NCBI RefSeq assembly: GCF_001194135.2
Contig: NC_068982.1
Location: 3,617,528-3,669,116, forward strand
Source: Octopus bimaculoides
Lineage: Eukaryota
DNA: 51,589 bases
Direction: 5' to 3'
The position numbers and the translations under genes are program-made. Below the pieces are notes generated by a model that was given only the letters and a program-made list of their open reading frames with translations, ran no database searches and was not told the origin of the DNA. Within the stretch, counting starts at the first letter, position 1. Every line of letters starts with the position of its first letter. Shown piece by piece: positions 49,346 to 51,589 of the stretch.

Positions 49346-49820
49346 TATGTGCTAATACATAACCAAAGAATACTAACTCATTCGTAGAATGACATCCATG
49401 TATACAAATATAGGTTCATACAAACGCATTTGCATACAGATACGTATATACATTCATATATATGGATCTCCGTTGGTTTCCACGAAGAGTATTCAATTGT
49501 TCGGCCAACCGGAACTAATGGCATTTTGATTTAACATGTACGAGACAGAACATTCCACTGACACTCCAAAGCTTAAAAATAACTGAGGCAAGATTAATGT
49601 GACACCTTGTCACAAGACTGGAACTGTGACAAACGGAGACTGTGACAAAAGAGACGTGTCCAATATTTCATGCTGTGAGATGCTTCTTGAGACAACGTGG
49701 AATACTTAACCATTCGGCAGAGAATATTTCTATGAAGGTAAATAGGAATAATAATGTGTATGCTAAACTTTTTCCTATTTGTGTTCAGAACAAAAGACAA
49801 TACGATGGTAACTTTACACA

Positions 49821-49849
49821 TCACGTGACAGACGAAGGCCGCCATCTTG
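49821..49849 (-). promoter_or_regulatory. Candidate promoter motifs: E-box TCACGTGAC plus perfect YY1 consensus CAAGATGGCGGC
   Basis: TCACGTGAC at 49821-49829; GCCGCCATCTTG at 49838-49849. Confidence 0.4.
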
Positions 49850-49925
49850 GGTAACTTAAATGAAAAGAAAGCCCGCTGCTTACATCATATATTTATGAGT
49901 GTGTATGTGTATACAAATATATATA

Positions 49926-50482
49926 NNNNNNNNNNNNNNNNNNNNNNNNNNNNNNNNNNNNNNNNNNNNNNNNNNNNNNNNNNNNNNNNNNNNNNNNNNN
50001 NNNNNNNNNNNNNNNNNNNNNNNNNNNNNNNNNNNNNNNNNNNNNNNNNNNNNNNNNNNNNNNNNNNNNNNNNNNNNNNNNNNNNNNNNNNNNNNNNNNN
50101 NNNNNNNNNNNNNNNNNNNNNNNNNNNNNNNNNNNNNNNNNNNNNNNNNNNNNNNNNNNNNNNNNNNNNNNNNNNNNNNNNNNNNNNNNNNNNNNNNNNN
50201 NNNNNNNNNNNNNNNNNNNNNNNNNNNNNNNNNNNNNNNNNNNNNNNNNNNNNNNNNNNNNNNNNNNNNNNNNNNNNNNNNNNNNNNNNNNNNNNNNNNN
50301 NNNNNNNNNNNNNNNNNNNNNNNNNNNNNNNNNNNNNNNNNNNNNNNNNNNNNNNNNNNNNNNNNNNNNNNNNNNNNNNNNNNNNNNNNNNNNNNNNNNN
50401 NNNNNNNNNNNNNNNNNNNNNNNNNNNNNNNNNNNNNNNNNNNNNNNNNNNNNNNNNNNNNNNNNNNNNNNNNNNNNNNNNN
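49926..50482. other. Assembly gap (N run)
   Basis: N characters. Confidence 1.
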
Positions 50483-50519
<37 letters not shown>

Positions 50520-50577
50520 AGAGAGAGAGAGAGAGAGAGAGTTTGTGTGTGTATGTAGATAGATAGGTAGGTAGGTA

Positions 50578-50732
50578 GGTGTGGCTATGTAGTAAGAACC
50601 TTGCTTCCAAGCCACATGGTTCCGGATTCAGTCTGACTGCGTGGCCCTTGAGCAAGTGTCCTCTACTATAGCCCCGGGCCGACCAAGGCCTCGTGAGTGG
50701 ATTTGCTTGGCGGAAACTGAAAGAACCCCGTC
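50578..50732 (+). mobile_element. SINE family A, 5' half
   Basis: Homology to 15756-15918. Confidence 0.85.
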
Positions 50733-51240
50733 ACCGGAACTAATCGCATTTTGATTTAACATGTACGAGACAGAACATTCCACTGACAGCTTAAAAATAA
50801 CTGAGGCAAGATTAATGTGACACCTTGTCACAAGACTGGAAGTCGTTTTCAACAGGTTAAAATATATAAACACGGGGCAATCAATTCCATGCCTCTCGTT
50901 TATACATCCTATTTTTTTCAGATCTACTGCGCAGGCGCAGCTCCTCACCTAGCAAGTTATCTTAATTGCTAAACAAAAGTCAGAAACCAACTGATCCAGA
51001 AGAGATGGTAAAAGTTTTTATTTTTCATTTCGTTCCTTTCGAGATTTTAACCCTAATTTTGTGGTTCTAGAACCTAGCTGTTTTTTCTAGCATAAGGGAT
51101 CCCATGAGTGGATTCCTCTTATGTATTTAAATATACACTGTACCTTATGAGTAATTTCATAGTCTTTGGACTAAACTTTTATACGCTAGGGCACTTGGAG
51201 GTGAACATTTTTAATTAATTTCCATTTCTCTTTGATATGA

Positions 51241-51589
51241 TTATATATATATATATGCGTGTATATATATATATGCGTGTATATATATATATGCGTGTAT
51301 ATATATATATGCGTGTATATATATATATATATGCGTGTATATATATATATATATATGTGTGTATATATATATATGCGTGTATATATATATATATATACGT
51401 GTGTATATATATATATGCGTGTATATATATATATATATGCGTGTATATATATATATATACGTGTGTATATATATATACGTGTGTATATATATATACGTGT
51501 GTATATATATATATACGTGTGTATATATATATATACGTGTGTGTATATATATATACATGTGTGTGTATGTATGTATATATATATATAAT
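51241..51589. repeat. Compound microsatellite with higher-order unit (GCGTG/ACGTG)(TA)n
   Basis: Directly visible. Confidence 0.95.

Larger units (their letters stand above)
49509..50841 (+). repeat. ~110-bp direct duplication (49509-49623 and 50734-50841) on either side of a gap
   Basis: CCGGAACTAAT.GCATTTTGATTTAACATGTACGAGACAGAACATTCCACTGACA..GCTTAAAAATAACTGAGGCAAGATTAATGTGACACCTTGTCACAAGACTGGAA occurs twice, differing by 1 substitution and a 7-nt indel. Confidence 0.92.

Overview
Eukaryotic, AT-rich, microsatellite-saturated non-coding DNA from a gapped draft assembly with nine N-runs. The repeat repertoire strongly suggests an octopus or other coleoid cephalopod (inference). I recognise no intact host protein-coding gene, rRNA, functional tRNA or CRISPR array. 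Nearly all ORFs in the track are translations of microsatellites, N-gaps or decayed transposons. The window holds more than 25 copies or fragments of at least three tRNA-derived SINE families, plus decayed autonomous elements: two Tc1/mariner transposons, a Chapaev-like transposase, two Penelope-like element (PLE) relics, RTE, CR1/L2-type, R4/Dong-type and Tx1-type LINEs. The most interesting structure is a 566-bp palindrome at 7087-7652. Each arm is a Pol III-type unit (tRNA-like head, minimal dimer-type hammerhead ribozyme, T5 terminator), which suggests a hammerhead-carrying SINE mobilised by PLE machinery. Also notable are a LINE/SINE shared 3' tail whose stem-loop shows compensatory base changes, a nearly perfect 855-bp inverted duplication, a dense heat-shock-element cluster and a YY1 plus E-box promoter-like signature. 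All family assignments come from motif recognition by eye, not database searches.
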